From: Selaginella moellendorffii
Taxonomy: Eukaryota > Plantae > Lycopodiophyta
Assembly (NCBI RefSeq): GCF_000143415.4
Contig: NW_003314291.1
Location: 407,316 to 471,315 of the forward strand
DNA length: 64,000 nt
Direction of reading: 5' to 3'
Numbering within the stretch: the first letter of the stretch is position 1; each line of letters opens with the position of its first letter. Both the position numbers and the translations under genes were made by a program. The notes below the pieces were generated by a model. That model ran no database searches, was not told the origin of the DNA, and saw nothing but the letters and a program-made list of their open reading frames with translations. Positions 20,703 to 34,484 of this stretch are shown one piece after another.

Positions 20703-22528
20703 TAGAATCAAAGGGCTAATGGAGCATCGGTTAAAAAAAGAGGAATTTATATGGTGTGCAATATATAAATTGTGTGCAGACGATCATACGCAAAAACTGA
20801 CATGGTGTCTTCCAATTTGTCTATAATTTTATGGCCATAATATGCCCTTCAGATGGCCATGGCATGTTTCCATTATCACTCATACATTCATTGGCATAAT
20901 TTTGACTTGTTAACTTAGGGTTGGTAGCTTGTCCTGGTCCCTGCCCAAGACGGGATTCAACTGGTATGGTAGATGAGTTTTTCTGCTAGGAGGTGAAGTC
21001 TATTTCCTGTTTGTAGATCATTTGTTTTTTTCAGTTGCAGTGTCGAAACTGTTTGGCCTAAAGTATTTCCCAATGGCGTGTGTGGAACCACCTGATGTAT
21101 GTAAGCTTTTCCTTATCTAATTGGAGAAGCAAGTCTAGTGGAGGATAAAGAACATAGTGTTGCATATCATGGCACTGATGTTTCTGATGAATCAAGTGTT
21201 GAGAGTGAGACCATTGACGATAGAGATGTTTTTGAGGTAAGTTAAATTATCCATTGTCATACTAATTTTGTACTAAATTTGTATAGTCACGAGGCTTTGG
21301 AAGTCTAATTAATTTTGTTACTTGGATGCAACTTAAAATTCTCTAAACCAAAACTACTAGTTACCTTGCAACTTACCTTGGAATTTCAAGATCAACACTG
21401 TACAAGTACATGAGGCTTATTGATCCCAATTGGAGGCATGTATATAACATGATGCTATCAAGAGAGGTATTGAATCTTGTCCAAGCTAATATTTCTATGA
21501 ATCGTGCTAGCACAAACTGGGGGGTTATCAACTCCGGCTTGGGCTGTAAAACTGCAAGATATCGATTTAGTCAACGCCAAGACACATGACTAAAATTGAC
21601 TAATGAGTATATTCAAATGACATGCCTTATGCACTATGCTATATGGATTGTGAGTTCAATTTTATATTCTACAAACTATTCTTAGGAACTAATTTTAGTT
21701 TTCATTATTGTAGTCTATTGCAAGCATGTGATATACAGTTTTTATGTTATGCAGTGATCTATGGTGCAACTCATTACATTGTTGCTTATGAGCTCTCAAC
21801 CACAAAGCAAGCACATGCCATTTTAAACACTTACACATGGGTTGTGAGGCACTTCAGTAGGCCAAAACAATTGAGAAGTGACAATGCTTTTAAACATAAT
21901 GAGGTTGAAGTTGATATAGTGAATTGCTAGGGAAAATTTTTATACATAGGACATCAACACAAAATTAAGTATATTACTTTTGTGTCTTTTGGCTACTCAA
22001 CTACTCACTACTTTGTTGTAGCACATTGAGCACTTCTAGCACGAACATTTTGAGTGTTGTCGAGGGCTAGAGCCAGCTCAAGAATAAGACTTGGTCCAAG
22101 TCGGGGTTTTTTCCTTCTTTTTGGTTATAGTGGGGGGAATAAGGGAATATTCTGCTGAAAACAGGGTGTGTCCCTTGGTGCCAGAGGTTGACGATAGGGA
22201 GGACGGCCAATTGGCAGGCATAGCATGTGTGTAGAAGGGAAGGGAGTAAAATAAAGAGAAGGTCTTGGAAGGATGCCTCGTCCAACAGCCTTGGAGTGCG
22301 TGGAGTGGAGGTTGGCAGTGCAGCGGCGACTACAGTTGTTCGAGGAGCGTATCACAGTGAGAATCGCTCAAGATCAACCAATTTGTGTGAGTTGTCCAAC
22401 TTGTGGGCAGCCCTGGGTTAGGATGTTGGCAGAGGTTCTAGCAGAGGTTGTTGACAAGGCTAGAGGCGAGGCGAGGCAGCAGTGATTCTCCACATCGCTA
22501 GTGTGTTGTCGTGAGGAGCGACATCTTT

Positions 22529-22546
22529 TGGTGCACTGCCCGGGAA
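22529..22546 (+). promoter_or_regulatory. Primer-binding site (tRNA-Gly-like, imperfect)
   Basis: TGGTGCACTGCCCGGGAA lies 5 nt after the 5' LTR; tRNA identity uncertain. Confidence 0.5.
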
Positions 22547-22636
22547 GCAAAGCGAGCGTGGAGATTGTGGTAGAAGGGTGAGTGCCAGGAGAAGCCGGGC
22601 TGCCCTTACCAAATCGAGGCCGTTCCTTCTTGGTGT

Positions 22637-24394
22637 ATGAGCCAAAGAAGACAAGAGTATTTGGCAAGACTTGTAGAAGCACAAGAGCGAGAGGAAAGAC
22701 GAACGAAGCAGAGACGTGAGAGAGAGGCGAGAATTCTTGCAAGAAATCTGCCACTGGTTCAAGAGCCTGAGAGTCCAAGAGTGAGGAGTGCAAATCCTCG
22801 GCCAAGCAGTCCTGTTAGCAAGCAGGAGAACAATCAGGAACAAGAAGATGAGTGGCAAGAGTTCTAGTCGTCACTGCCACGACAACAGCCAATAGAGCAG
22901 CAACAGCAACCACCAATCCAACAAGTACAACAACCTCGGCAGCAACAAGCAAGGAATATGGCAACGACAAAAATGAAATATACCATCTTTAATGGTATGG
23001 GAGATCCAGATGCCCACGTGACAGCGTTTGAGAATACATCTACAGCAAATGATGAGGTAGATGCAGCAGATCGCAGGAAACTTTTTCCAGCCACGTTACA
23101 GGGCGTAGCTGCAGAATGGATGGCTCAAGTTCCAGCAGCGACAGATTGGGCAGCATTGAGAGCATCCTTTTTGGCTACCTTTCGGCCAGTAGGCTTTTCA
23201 CAGCAACTCATGAGTGATCTGAGTCATTTTCAACTCTTGCCTGGCGAGAGTTTACAAAGCTATACATTAAGGTTCAAGGGATTGATCCTCAAGAAGCAGC
23301 CACAACCGACAGAAGAAGAGCAAGCACAGTATTACACAAATGGCTTGCCTCATGCGGTTAGCTTTCATGTCTCGTGCCATAATCCACAAACTTTGGCCGA
23401 TGCAATTTGTCTGGCGGGAACCTGGGAGCAAGCGCAGCTCAAGATGAGACACCACTTCAGTAATCTTGGACTGGGAGCTTTCGGCGATGGAATGATGAAT
23501 TCCATGATGGGAGGACTCGGAAGCACACCGCAACAACCAATACCTACTGGACAGCAGCCTTTTGGAGTCTTTGGAACAAGTCTTGGGATGATGGACTATA
23601 GCCGCCAACAACAGCAACAATGGCAAGCTTCAACAAGTGCAGTTCCAAATCCAGCGGCAACTACAGTGGACATCCAAGCAGAGATGAAGAAAATAAAGGA
23701 AGACATGGTGGAAGCCATGACAAAAAAGATGAGTGACTTGCAATTGAACTGGGTCAGAGGGGTACAAAGCAGGCCACAGCCCGTGCAGCAGCGAGAAAAC
23801 ATCTGGTGTGTGCGATGCAACAATTATGGACACTACCCAAATGAGTGTCCACAACTAGTGGTGAATCGAGAGAAGTGTCAGTATTGCTGGCGAACTAATC
23901 ATCACTCAGAGGATTGTTTTTACAAGCCAGGAAATCCAGCAATCCCTGCAAGTTACATCCAAACTGCGCCATCATCACCACCATCTTCGGCTCAAGCATT
24001 GACCTTCTTTCAACGCCCGTTTTCTCCTCTAGTCCAGACCATGAGCTATAAGCCAGTGATTTAGGGGTATACGCCAGATATGATTCCAGTATATGCAGCA
24101 GCACCAATTCCAGGTGTCCGTGGACGAGGAGCTCCCCGTAGAGGACCTGTTCAATGCTGGAATTGTGATGAGATGGGCCACATTTCACCAAACTGTCCAC
24201 ATCCCAGGAAGCAGATTGGGTACCAGCCCATATGTGGAATCTGTCAGACACAGGGCTTGCACGAGCAGGACAATTGCCCGCATAAGCTCAAGCCAAGCAA
24301 GGGGAAGGGGGTTGTAGAAAGCAATGCAATTTTTGTCCAGCAAGCTGCACCAGAATCTGGAGTCGGAGGCGTCAACAGATGGAGAACTCTGTAA
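22637..24394 (+). CDS. Gypsy gag with four CCHC-type knuckles (in-frame TAG at 22865 and 24062)
   Basis: ORFs 22637, 22958 and 24080 share one frame. Retrotrans_gag-like FNGMGDPDAHV..LFPATLQGVAAEW. Knuckles CVRCNNYGHYPNEC, CQYCWRTNHHSEDC, CWNCDEMGHISPNC and CGICQTQGLHEQDNC. Confidence 0.85.
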
Positions 24395-27300
24395 TTGAGG
24401 ATGCTGAGGAGAAGGATGACCCAGAGAAAATTGCAAGAAAGAACCGCAAGGAGAAAAGAGAGAGCAAGCAGCCCAAATCAGATCCACCGGCTACAAATGA
24501 CCAAGATAAACCAGTCCCTGATTCTGAAATAACTACCCCAGCTAGGGCTCTTGACAAGGGCCAGGGAATTGCCAAGGCGCTACGTAAAAAGTGGAAACGA
24601 GTGCTGAATCTGGAAATGCAGCCGTACAATATTCTTCAAGACTTGGATAGTCAACGCCTAAACATCACATTCGCCCAGCTTTTGCAATTGGCTCCAGGCA
24701 TGAGGAAAGTGTTGGCCGTGGCCATGAAGGGACATCGAGAAGTACTGGTTAATTCAGCTTGGCCCCTTATCACAGATCTCAGTTCCCCCTGTATAGATGT
24801 GGAGACGCAAGGCGAGCTGATCCGTCGTGCTGTGATCAATGGTGGAAGTGCGGTGAATATTTTGCCTGAGGAGACCTGGCGAAAGTTCAATCTTCCAGAA
24901 CCAGTTCCAGTGCCATTTATGGTTAAAATGGCCGACCAGAGATGTCTCCAGCCAAGAGGAATCGTGACCGGTGTTCGCACTCAGATTGCTGGTCTAGTTT
25001 TCCACATCGATTTCGTGGTTTTGAGGATGAAGGAGGGCATGTTGGGCTATCCACTGCTGCTCGGACGTCCTTGGCTTCTCCAAGCGGCAGCTGTGCATAA
25101 TTGGCGTACAGGAATTCTTGCCATTGGCAATGGCAATAATCGTGTTAAAGTCCAAGTTCATTTTCGCCCTAGGGCACGGCGAGTACTTGGGGCAGAACAG
25201 GAGGATGAAGACAGCTCTGATACATCCAATTCTAGCAGCCAGACAAGCAGTGAGGACGATGAGGAGGATAGCAGCAGCACAGCCAGTTGTGAGGAGCTAG
25301 AAATGGTGGATGTGGCTGCTATCACCAAGAATTCCTGGGGTAAGCCTCTTTCAGCATGCAACACTGAGGAGCTTGAGAGCTGGCTGTGGGGAAAGGATGG
25401 AGAGTTGCCTTTCGGCAGTGTTCAGGTGGTGGAAGAAGAGACTGGTGCCAGACAGTGGCGAGGACGGAGCCCTTTTCCTCGCTACATCACTACGGTGCTA
25501 CACGAGAAGTGGATGCACGGAACAATTTTTTGAGCGAGGAACTAGTTGCCACTTGCCAGCTCGAAGCTATTCTAGTGGAGCAGCCATGTTGGGCTATGCG
25601 AGCAGGGGAGTTGAAGCGGATAGTATATAGAGTTCCAGGTTTGATGATCAAGATACCAGAATTTCCAGTCGACTTGGATTTTCTAGTGGCACCTTGGAAA
25701 ATGGACAACTATATCCTGCTGGGACGAGATTTCTTAAAGGCAGCAAGAGTATCTCATCAGTGGAATGATCCGCTTCACTTGTGGATTCCAAATCCACATG
25801 GCAGTGACAGAGTGCAGATCGGCATGGAAGAAGGGGATGAGCCCAGAGAGCAAGTTTTTATCACGGTGTTGGAATCAAGAGCTGAAAATCAAGCTGTGCC
25901 AATGCCAGTTGCGTTCCAGACAGTGGACAGTTCTAAGGCCTGGATGGGAGGAACCAAAGCGATGCATCTCACAACATCTTTGGAGAATGTGGAACTCACA
26001 GCAATGGTGGATCTAGAAGCACTTGGCAACTTTTTGACAAAAGATGGAGCAGCTCGAGCAAGCTTGGCGATTATTGCTCTTCCTGAGCATTACATTGCCG
26101 TTTGTGCCGATGGTGGAGTTTTTCCAGTGCTGGGTCTCGTGAGTTCCAACATGGTGATTGGTGAGGGAGACTTTCACGAGGTGCCTTTTTATGTGATCGA
26201 GGGCACTGTGACCAGCGTACCAGTTACTTTGGGAGCAGCTTGGCTTTTCCAGGTACAGGCTAGTCACGACTATGTGACTGGTACTCTGGTGGTGGAAGAT
26301 GATAATCATCAATATCGGACAATCATCTTGTCTGATATCAGTGCGTTTGATTATCACTTTTCTTACATGCTGAAAGTCGAGAAGGCTTCAAGGTTAAAAA
26401 GCAAGGAAGTGACAGCATGCAAGGATCGTAGTATGCTCAAGTCATCACCAACTTAGCTAATTCAGATCAGAAATGGACCTCAAGATCTAGCTGGTCATCA
26501 ACTTTCCGTGGACGTGGTGCCAACAGCTGATTTGGAAGCAGGAAATTATCCCAGCTATTTTTTTAAGGAGCAGGTTGCTGATCTTCCACTCAAGGAGACT
26601 TCCGCTCGTTCTCAAGTCGATTCAGATTATTTTGGAAGGGCACCCCAGACACAGGCTGTGTTTATGGAGCAGGTTGGTGACGAGCGACGTGAGTTACTAG
26701 TGGGACACCAACTCACCAAGGAGGAGGTGGAAGCTTATCGTCAACTATTTTTGGAGTTTCAAGATGTGTTCGCATGGAGCTATGCTGAACTTGCTGGAGT
26801 AGATCCGGAGTTGGTGCAACACAAGATTCCCTTGCTTCCAGATGCGGTGCCACAGCGGCAAAGAGCTTATAAGATGAATCCAAGCTATGCTAAGGCTGTG
26901 CGTGAAGAGCTTTAGAAGCTGTTGGATGTAGGATTTATTGAAGAAGTGGAGGCTACAGATTGGCTCTCGCCAATTGTAGTGGTCTGGAAGAAGAATGGAA
27001 AACTTAGAGTGTGCGTGGATTATCGCCGCCTTAATGCTGCAACGAGGCGGGATGGATTTCCTCTTCCCTTCACAGATGTGGTAGGGAAGGAGTTGTACAG
27101 CTTTATGGATGGTTATAGTGGATATAACCAGATCCAGGTGGCTCCTGAGGATCGAGCAAAGACGGCATTCATTACAGAGTGGGGCTGCTATATTTTTCGT
27201 GTTATGCCATTCGGTTTGACGAACGCACCGGCTACTTTCCAACGTGTGGTGACTTCAGCATTCAGATCTCTTCTTCATGAGAGTGTGGAAGTCTTCTTGG

Positions 27301-29500
27301 ATGACTTCTCAACTTTTGGAAGCTGTGGAAAACATCTGGAGCAACTCCGTGCAGTGTTCCAACAATGCCGAAAGTTTGGTATTTCTCTTAATCCTGGGAA
27401 GTGCCAATTCGGAGTAACGCACGGCGTGTTGCTTGGCAGGGTCGTCTCAGCTCGAGGCTTGGAGGTGGATCCTGCAAAAGTGAACGTAGTGGAAGAGCTT
27501 GAGGCACCACAGACCGTGAGGGAGCTACAAGCTTTTCTCGGCCATGTTGGTTATCACCGATGCTTTATCCGGCATTATGCCGATGTAGCTTTTCCTTTGA
27601 CAGGCCTCTTGAAAAAGAATGTTCCTTTTGCGTGGACCCCTGAGTGCCAAGCTTCCTTTGTACAGTTGAAGCGAGCCTTGACGACCGCTCCAATTCTTAA
27701 GCCACCAGACTGGAATTTGAAATTCCATGTGCATGTCGACACCTCAGCTTTTGCTATTGGTGCTGTTTTATGCCAGCCAGTTAATGGTTGGGATCATCCC
27801 ATCTTTTATTCGAGCAGGCAGTTATCTCTGGCTGAGAAGAATTATACAGCCACTGAACGCGAGGGCTTCGGAATGGTGTTTGCTATTTCCAAATATCGCC
27901 ACTATCTGCTGGGAAAGCCATTCCTCTTCTATCTGGATCACAAGGCACTGCGCTATCTTATCAATAAGCCCTGTCGACACGGCCGAATCACTCGCTGGTT
28001 GCTTCTGCTTCAAGAATTCGAATTCGAGATCGTGTTGAAGCCGGGAAAATCTCATGTAATGCCTGATCATCTTTCAAAATTACCAGGAGAACCTGCCAGG
28101 GAAGGAGTTTATGATGAGCTGCCTGATGCTCCTCTTTTCTTGTTGGAAGGCAGGCAGGTTTCTGCAGAAATTCCAGCTATGTTCTCAACTCGAGCAGAAG
28201 CAGAGGAGCTACTGTTATACCAGGTTGTAGCTGTGCCGGAGTGGTATCAGGGTATTGCAGAATTTCTGGCTGCTGGCAGATTTCCTGATGATATGCCGAA
28301 GGTGGCACAGAAAAGGCTTCTTTACTAGTCACGAGCTTTCACCCTGATTGCTGGCCAGCTTTATAAGGAGGGAAGAGATGGTGTTCTGAGGCGCTGCATT
28401 CTTCCTCATGAGGTGCAGCAGGTGATTTGCTCTTGCCATGATTCTCCCTACGGTGGGCATTATGCAGCAGCAGCAACTATACGGCTTGTGCTCCAAACTG
28501 GTTATTGGTGGCCAACGCTCCAGCAGGATGTGGCAAAATTTGTGAGAAGCTGTGATCCATGCCAGCGTGTTGGGCATCCTACTCGATGAGATGCAATGCC
28601 ATTACATCCGATTATTCCAGCTCTACCTTTTGAGAAGTGGGGAATCGACTTCATGGGGCCGTTCAAGCCTATGCGACATCACCGGAATCGTTATATCTTG
28701 GTCTGCACAGACTATGTGACCAAGTGGGTGGAAGCTGAGGCTTTTACTGAGGACACGGCAGAGAAGGTAGCAGGATTCCTCTACAAGAATATCATCACGC
28801 GCTTCGGATGCCCACTTGAGCTTATGAGTGATCGAGGTACGCATTTTATTAATGCGGTCATTGCAGCTCTCACAGCCAAGTATGGCATTTCCCATCGACG
28901 TTCGACGCCATATCATCCAAGAGCAAACGGCCAAGTTGAGAGAACCAATAAGACACTATGCGACACCATGACTAAGCTTTGCAACGCAAGTGCTAGCGAC
29001 TGGGATACCAAGCTTCTTGATGTGCTATGGGCTTACAGGGTTGCCTACAAGGTAACTACACGGTTCTCACCATTTCAATTGATTTATGTCCAGGAGGCGA
29101 TCCTTCCTCTCGAGCTGGAAGTTCCTTCTTTGCGGACAGCGGTAGCTCACAATTATGACTGGGATGGAGCTGTTCAGCAGCGGCTAGAGCAGTTGGAGAA
29201 GCTGGATGAGACTCGCCTCCTTGCTTTCCAAGCCCGTGAAGTTCTCCAACGTCAACGCAAGAAGTGGTATGATCGTCATTTACGAGCTAAGAGTTTTCAG
29301 GAAGGAGATCTCGTGCTGCTGTATGAGAGCAAGTACTGGAAGCGTCCGGGAAAGCTTAAGATCTGCTGGATTGGGCCTTATCGCATGAAGGCTGTGAATA
29401 TCAATGGCTCAGTCAAGCTGGAGGATTTTGCTGGTAATCCTTTGCCCACACCGGTGAACAGAGCTTGACTGCGGTGCTACCAAGTTCCATCTGGAGAGGA
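24379..29500 (+). CDS. Gypsy pol (three protease-like domains, RT, RNase H, integrase), disrupted
   Basis: LRVCVDYRRLN, MPFGLTNAPATFQR, FLDD, HVDTSAFAIGAVL, KWGIDFMG, SDRGTHF and PYHPRANGQVER. Confidence 0.92.
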
Positions 29501-32500
29501 GTGCTCCGGGGACGGAGCACAATAGTCGCCGGGGTGAGATGTCGAGGGCTAGAGCCAGCTCAAGAATAAGACTTGGTCCAAGTTGGGGTTTTTTCCTTCT
29601 TTTTGGTTCTAGTGGGGGGAATAAGGGAATATTCTGCTGAAAACAGGGTGTGTCCCTTGGTGCCAGAGGTTGACGATAGGGAGGACGGCCAATTGGCAGG
29701 CATAGCATGTGTGTAGAAGGGAAGGGAGTAAAATAAAGAGAAGGTCTTGGAAGGATTCCTCGTCCAACAGCCTTGGAGCACGTGGAGCGGAGGTTGGCAA
29801 TGCAGCGGCGACTACAGTTGTTCGAGGAGCGTATCACGGCGAGAATCGCTCAAGATCAACCAATCTGTGTGAGTTGTCCAACTTGTGGGCAGCCTTGGGT
29901 TAGGATGTTGGCAGAGGTTCTAGCAGAGGTCGCTGACAAGGCTAGAGGCGAGGCTAGGCAGCAGTGATTCTCCACATCGCTAGTGTGTTGTCGCGAGGAG
30001 CAACAAGTGTGTATATAGTTTTACAAGCACTTCATTGAGTTGATAGAGGATATCATAATTTTGGATGTCTTTAATCTATGGCACAGATAAAGTTTGTAAT
30101 GTGTATTTACACCTTACCTTACAAAGGATATTTCCCACTGGGTTGTTATATAGAATCTTCAACCCTATTATTGTGACCAATTCTTTAGGCCATCCCATGT
30201 TCTTGTTGATCTAGTCCAACCAATGGAGCGTGAACTTGGGTAAAAATTCTTTATAATATTTTTATTTATTCCTCTTTTACGGCATCATTCCAGCCCAGGG
30301 TAGAAAAGAGATCTAAGACATGTCAAGGTCTTTCTTTACTAACATCAACAGGCTTCATTGCTAGAGGTATTTAAAATTATCATATATATATTGATAAGGT
30401 TATTACTTCCTTTTTGCAACATCTAGTAAAAGTGAAAAATCAAGCATTTTCGATGCATCAACATGGCCTCAATCTAAATAAGTAATTTTTTATATTTGGA
30501 TCTATGTGCTATGGTAAATGTAGGAGTTCCCTATTATTATTGACACTTTTTCTTAATGAGGAGAGTCATAGATACAAAAAACCATATTAATATTGAAGAA
30601 AAGAAGAAGAGGACAAAAGTTATAATATATGTCAACAATTGATTGCAAAGTAGATTTCTAGCATAAAGAAGGTTTATAATCATACTCCTCGACCATATCA
30701 AAGAGCTACACGAAGTGTTATTAACAAAGTCTTAGTGATTGGATATCTTAAGAGTATCAGGCACAAAGTTATGATGAACTTAGAAGAGAAATGAATTTTT
30801 ATTTCTATTTTAGAACTTTAGAGGCTTTGCAAGATATATGAATTTGATCTATTGTTACTTTGAAAAATTTTACAATGTACTTTTATAGAAATTGAGTGTT
30901 ATGATATGCATTCCATCATGGATAAAATTTACTGCTTAATCATAAGAGAGAAGTTGACAAGTTTATTTAACAATAAATATCTTTTGACATAGTGGTAATT
31001 GTTTAGCCTCAGAAATTTGAACAATACCAGCTATTCAATATTGAAGAAAGCAAAGCATTCATTCAACTCTTTTTGCTGTATTTACTTTTTTAATTTATTC
31101 CCAAAGAGATTTTAAATTGATATTATGCACTTATTCTACACACATACAGTTGCAGAAAGCTAAATAAAAAGTGCTCTCTAAATTGAAATGACACTCTTGT
31201 ATGCTTTTGGCATTCATTGTAAAAAAATTTTATAGGCCAAAGACATTACCACTCCAGTATATTACAAATTTATGGTTTTTATATTTTCCACTCTTAATAT
31301 TCATTTTTTTTATTCACAAAGTGGGGAGATGATCAATGATGTGGAGTAGCATGGGTCATATTACATAATATGGTGGTATATGTTTAAGAGGATAGTCAAA
31401 AAGTATTCAAACATTACGAATAATTGATATATTTCATCTTTATATATTTTTTATTTTCTATTTTAATAACTGATAACAAGTGATGTAAGTTCAATCTATC
31501 ATTTTTCAAGGCTTTTAACAATTGAAGTTACATATAATATATTTGACAATAAGGACAATAATTTGGCTATGAGCTCATATTAGAGTAGCTATACAAAAAG
31601 TCATGGAAAGAGTGTCAAATATATATATAGCAAGTTGTTGATTGTTGCAAATTTTGAATTGGTATTTTGATGCACATATAAGCTCAAAAGAGGAGGTTTG
31701 AAAGGTCTAGAATGAACTTCTTACATATAAAAGTCAACTTATTAAATTTGTTGAGAGGTGAAAAGTTGAGTCCCTTTTCTAAAATATTTTATTGAGATAG
31801 TGATAAGGTAAGATAGTGATGTTATCAAATGGAGTGTACATATTTTTACATGCTTAAAGGCTATAACTTATATTTTTAAGGGAGTTATTTTCAGTTCATC
31901 AGAAATGAGGTATACAATTCCTTTCTTTATATTTTGTTTTATGTGGTTTATTATTTTTATCTCAAAGTTATAGGAAACACCATTATACTTCTTTTGCCCA
32001 TGAAAGTATTCTTCCTTCTAATCAATATTTTACATCATTGTCTTTTACTTCATGACAACACAAATTTAACTTTTGAATACAATAAATTAAAGCTCCATGA
32101 TAAATTACTTCAACTAGGACATATCAAGAATTTCCTAATTTATCCACTAAAAAGTGATATTGTAAGTAATGGTTTAAAGCAGCTTCATCCACCATCCATT
32201 CACCATCCATAATGAAATTCAACTTTTATAACAACACAAGAATGATGGATGGTCTTTAAGCTTTGATAATTATCCCAATGTAGAATCAATGCACATTGAT
32301 AAGGTATTTATAGCAAGATGACATACTCAATCAGTTGTTTAGCTAGTGAAACATAAAGTTACCTTCATTGCAATGATATCTTCACATAGATACCATTCTA
32401 AATGATCTATATATTGATAATAATCTCTTTAGAGGCACACATCCAGAATTTTGTAAAATGTTTCTTTGTGCAGCTAATGAAAGGTTCTATTCATCCATTA

Positions 32501-33727
32501 TTTGTTGCAACTAGATGAAAATCCTCTCAAATTCAAGCTTTCTACCTATCTCTTTTGACTCCTAGTGTGCTGCTATGGCTCCATCAAGCTCTGGAACATT
32601 ATCTGAAATTGAAACTCCTTCCTCTAACTCCTAATGTGTTGTTATATGGCTTTCCCAAACTCTAGATCATAATTTAAATGTGAGGCTCCACCTAACTCAA
32701 ATTGAAGCTCTATGCTTAGTTGGTCTCACTCCCAATGTGCTACTACAGCTTCCTTAAGTTCTAGATCATAATCTGAATATGAGGCTTCACCTAACTCAGA
32801 TTGAAGCTCTTTGCATAACTCCTCTAATTCCCTGTGTTATTGCTGCTTCACAATTTGATGTTAGATTTGCTATTGTGGTTAGCTCTCCATCATGATCTTC
32901 CACCTAGATCTCAACCACTATCTACTGCTATGGCTTCTAATTCACAATTTACAAAACTCACTAAATCTTGACAACAATGCTGGCACCAAAATCAATTAGA
33001 TAGAAAGTGTCCTCTGCTGGAGAGCCACATCAAGCACATCTTCTGCATTTTAGGGCAAAATACTGCATTGTAGTCAAGTTACAAAATCATAGTCAATTTA
33101 TATACTGTCTGGTAATTTCAGTAGTTCCTATTTTGCTTCCAGGAAAATCACGAAGAACAATCAAGCAAAGGTAAGAAATAAACTAGACGCCAATGGATGG
33201 AGCTAGTGCTAGCGTTTTAGAGAAAGATTGCTTACCAGGATTGCCTTGTGCGTGCACACATCCGGCCCATCACATGTCTTGAGCGTCACATCCAACAGCG
33301 GCAAATCAAGGGTGTCCTGGTCCCAGGCACGCAGGAATTTGGCCTGGCACGCTTGCAGGCGGCGGTCCTTGTCCCGGAGGTGGTGCTGCGCTCCCCACCA
33401 GCGACTCCAGCATGTGGATCCAGCACCTGTGGCATCGATCACAGTACGTGAACTCCACTGCGTAGGAGCGAAACTCGTTCCCTGAGAGGAGTCTCTTCCA
33501 CCCGAGACATATTCCCCCTCTCTCTTTTCTTTAAATCGTGCCGCCACGTGGCTTGCTTGTAAATTTAGGTTAGGACTAGATAAACAAAAAGGTACCATTA
33601 AGAAAGAAATATTAGTCAAATAAAATTGAAAATAAAATCAAAAAGGTGCCAAAAAGGAATACATAAACCCTATGTTAAAAGGGAAATCATAATATAAATC
33701 TAGGTATCACAACACAACAAAGGATCA

Positions 33728-34317
33728 ATGAGGAAGCTTGTGGTAGTTGCTTTCTTAGCTATATTCTTTGCAGGAGCTACTTTTTCGCGATTGTTAGCAT
33801 CTACTCCACCACGATCTCCATCGCCAGGATCTCTAGCAGTGGAGAAATCGATCTCTATAGCTGTTTCTTACACAGGAAAGGATACCTTCGCCGATGGAAC
33901 CCTTTTGACTTGCCCGCAAACCGCAATTCATCCTAACGTTATGGTCCCAGGACATGTTGATCCTGCGCAGCTTTACTCCATCATGATGATAGATAGGCGA
34001 GCTTCGCGGTTGATGTTTACATTGGCAGATCAATTCACGTACGTCCACTATTGGATCGCCAACATCCCTGGATCAAAGGTTGACGCTGGCACCATTCTGG
34101 AGGAGTATATGAGGCCTGCACCCCACGATTTCATGCAGCACAAGTACGAGTTTATACTGTATAAGCAGCAAGGGCAGATCAATACGCCTCTTGCGGATAG
34201 ATTCGTCAAGGACTGGGAAGCGGTCGCAAGCGCTTACAACCTGGCAGCCCAGTAGCAACGACTTCCTTTGTTGCGCAGCTCACCCTAAACTTTAGAACGA
34301 GAATGTTCCAATGTTAA
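33728..34317 (+). CDS. Intronless PEBP-family protein with N-terminal signal peptide (ORF stops at 34255 because of a 1-nt deletion)
   Basis: VSY..DGTLLT..PNV..LYSIMMID..YVHYWIANIPG..EYMRPAP..HKYEFILYKQ..YNL. Copy B shows the normal PEBP tail YNLGSPVATTSF. Confidence 0.8.
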
Positions 34318-34484
34318 AAAGGTGGCTTCTTTGAATCATTGCGTGTTGTTCAAAACTAGAGAAAAGAGATTCAACAATTGTTAGAACAAGATCGTCCCAA
34401 TGTTATAAAGGTGGCGAGATTATAGATGTAATGTTCTTTGAATTAAGAGAACGAAAATAGAGAAAAGAGATACAATTACAGTTT

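Larger units (their letters stand above)
22058..30005 (+). mobile_element. Full-length Ty3/Gypsy LTR retrotransposon (non-chromovirus type), inactivated by stops
   Basis: 466-bp LTRs at 22058-22523 and 29540-30005 (TG..CA, about 16 mismatches by eye). TSD AGTGT (22053-22057 and 30006-30010). Gag-PR-RT-RH-INT order. Confidence 0.96.

Noticed and set aside
33209-33619. 136-aa minus-strand ORF (duplicate at 44959-45210)
   Set aside because: Possibly a gene fragment, but I recognise no family and the start regions differ between duplicates.
33728-34255. Calling the PEBP gene FT, TFL1 or MFT
   Set aside because: Lacks DPDxP and the conserved introns and has a signal-like leader; no symbol assigned.
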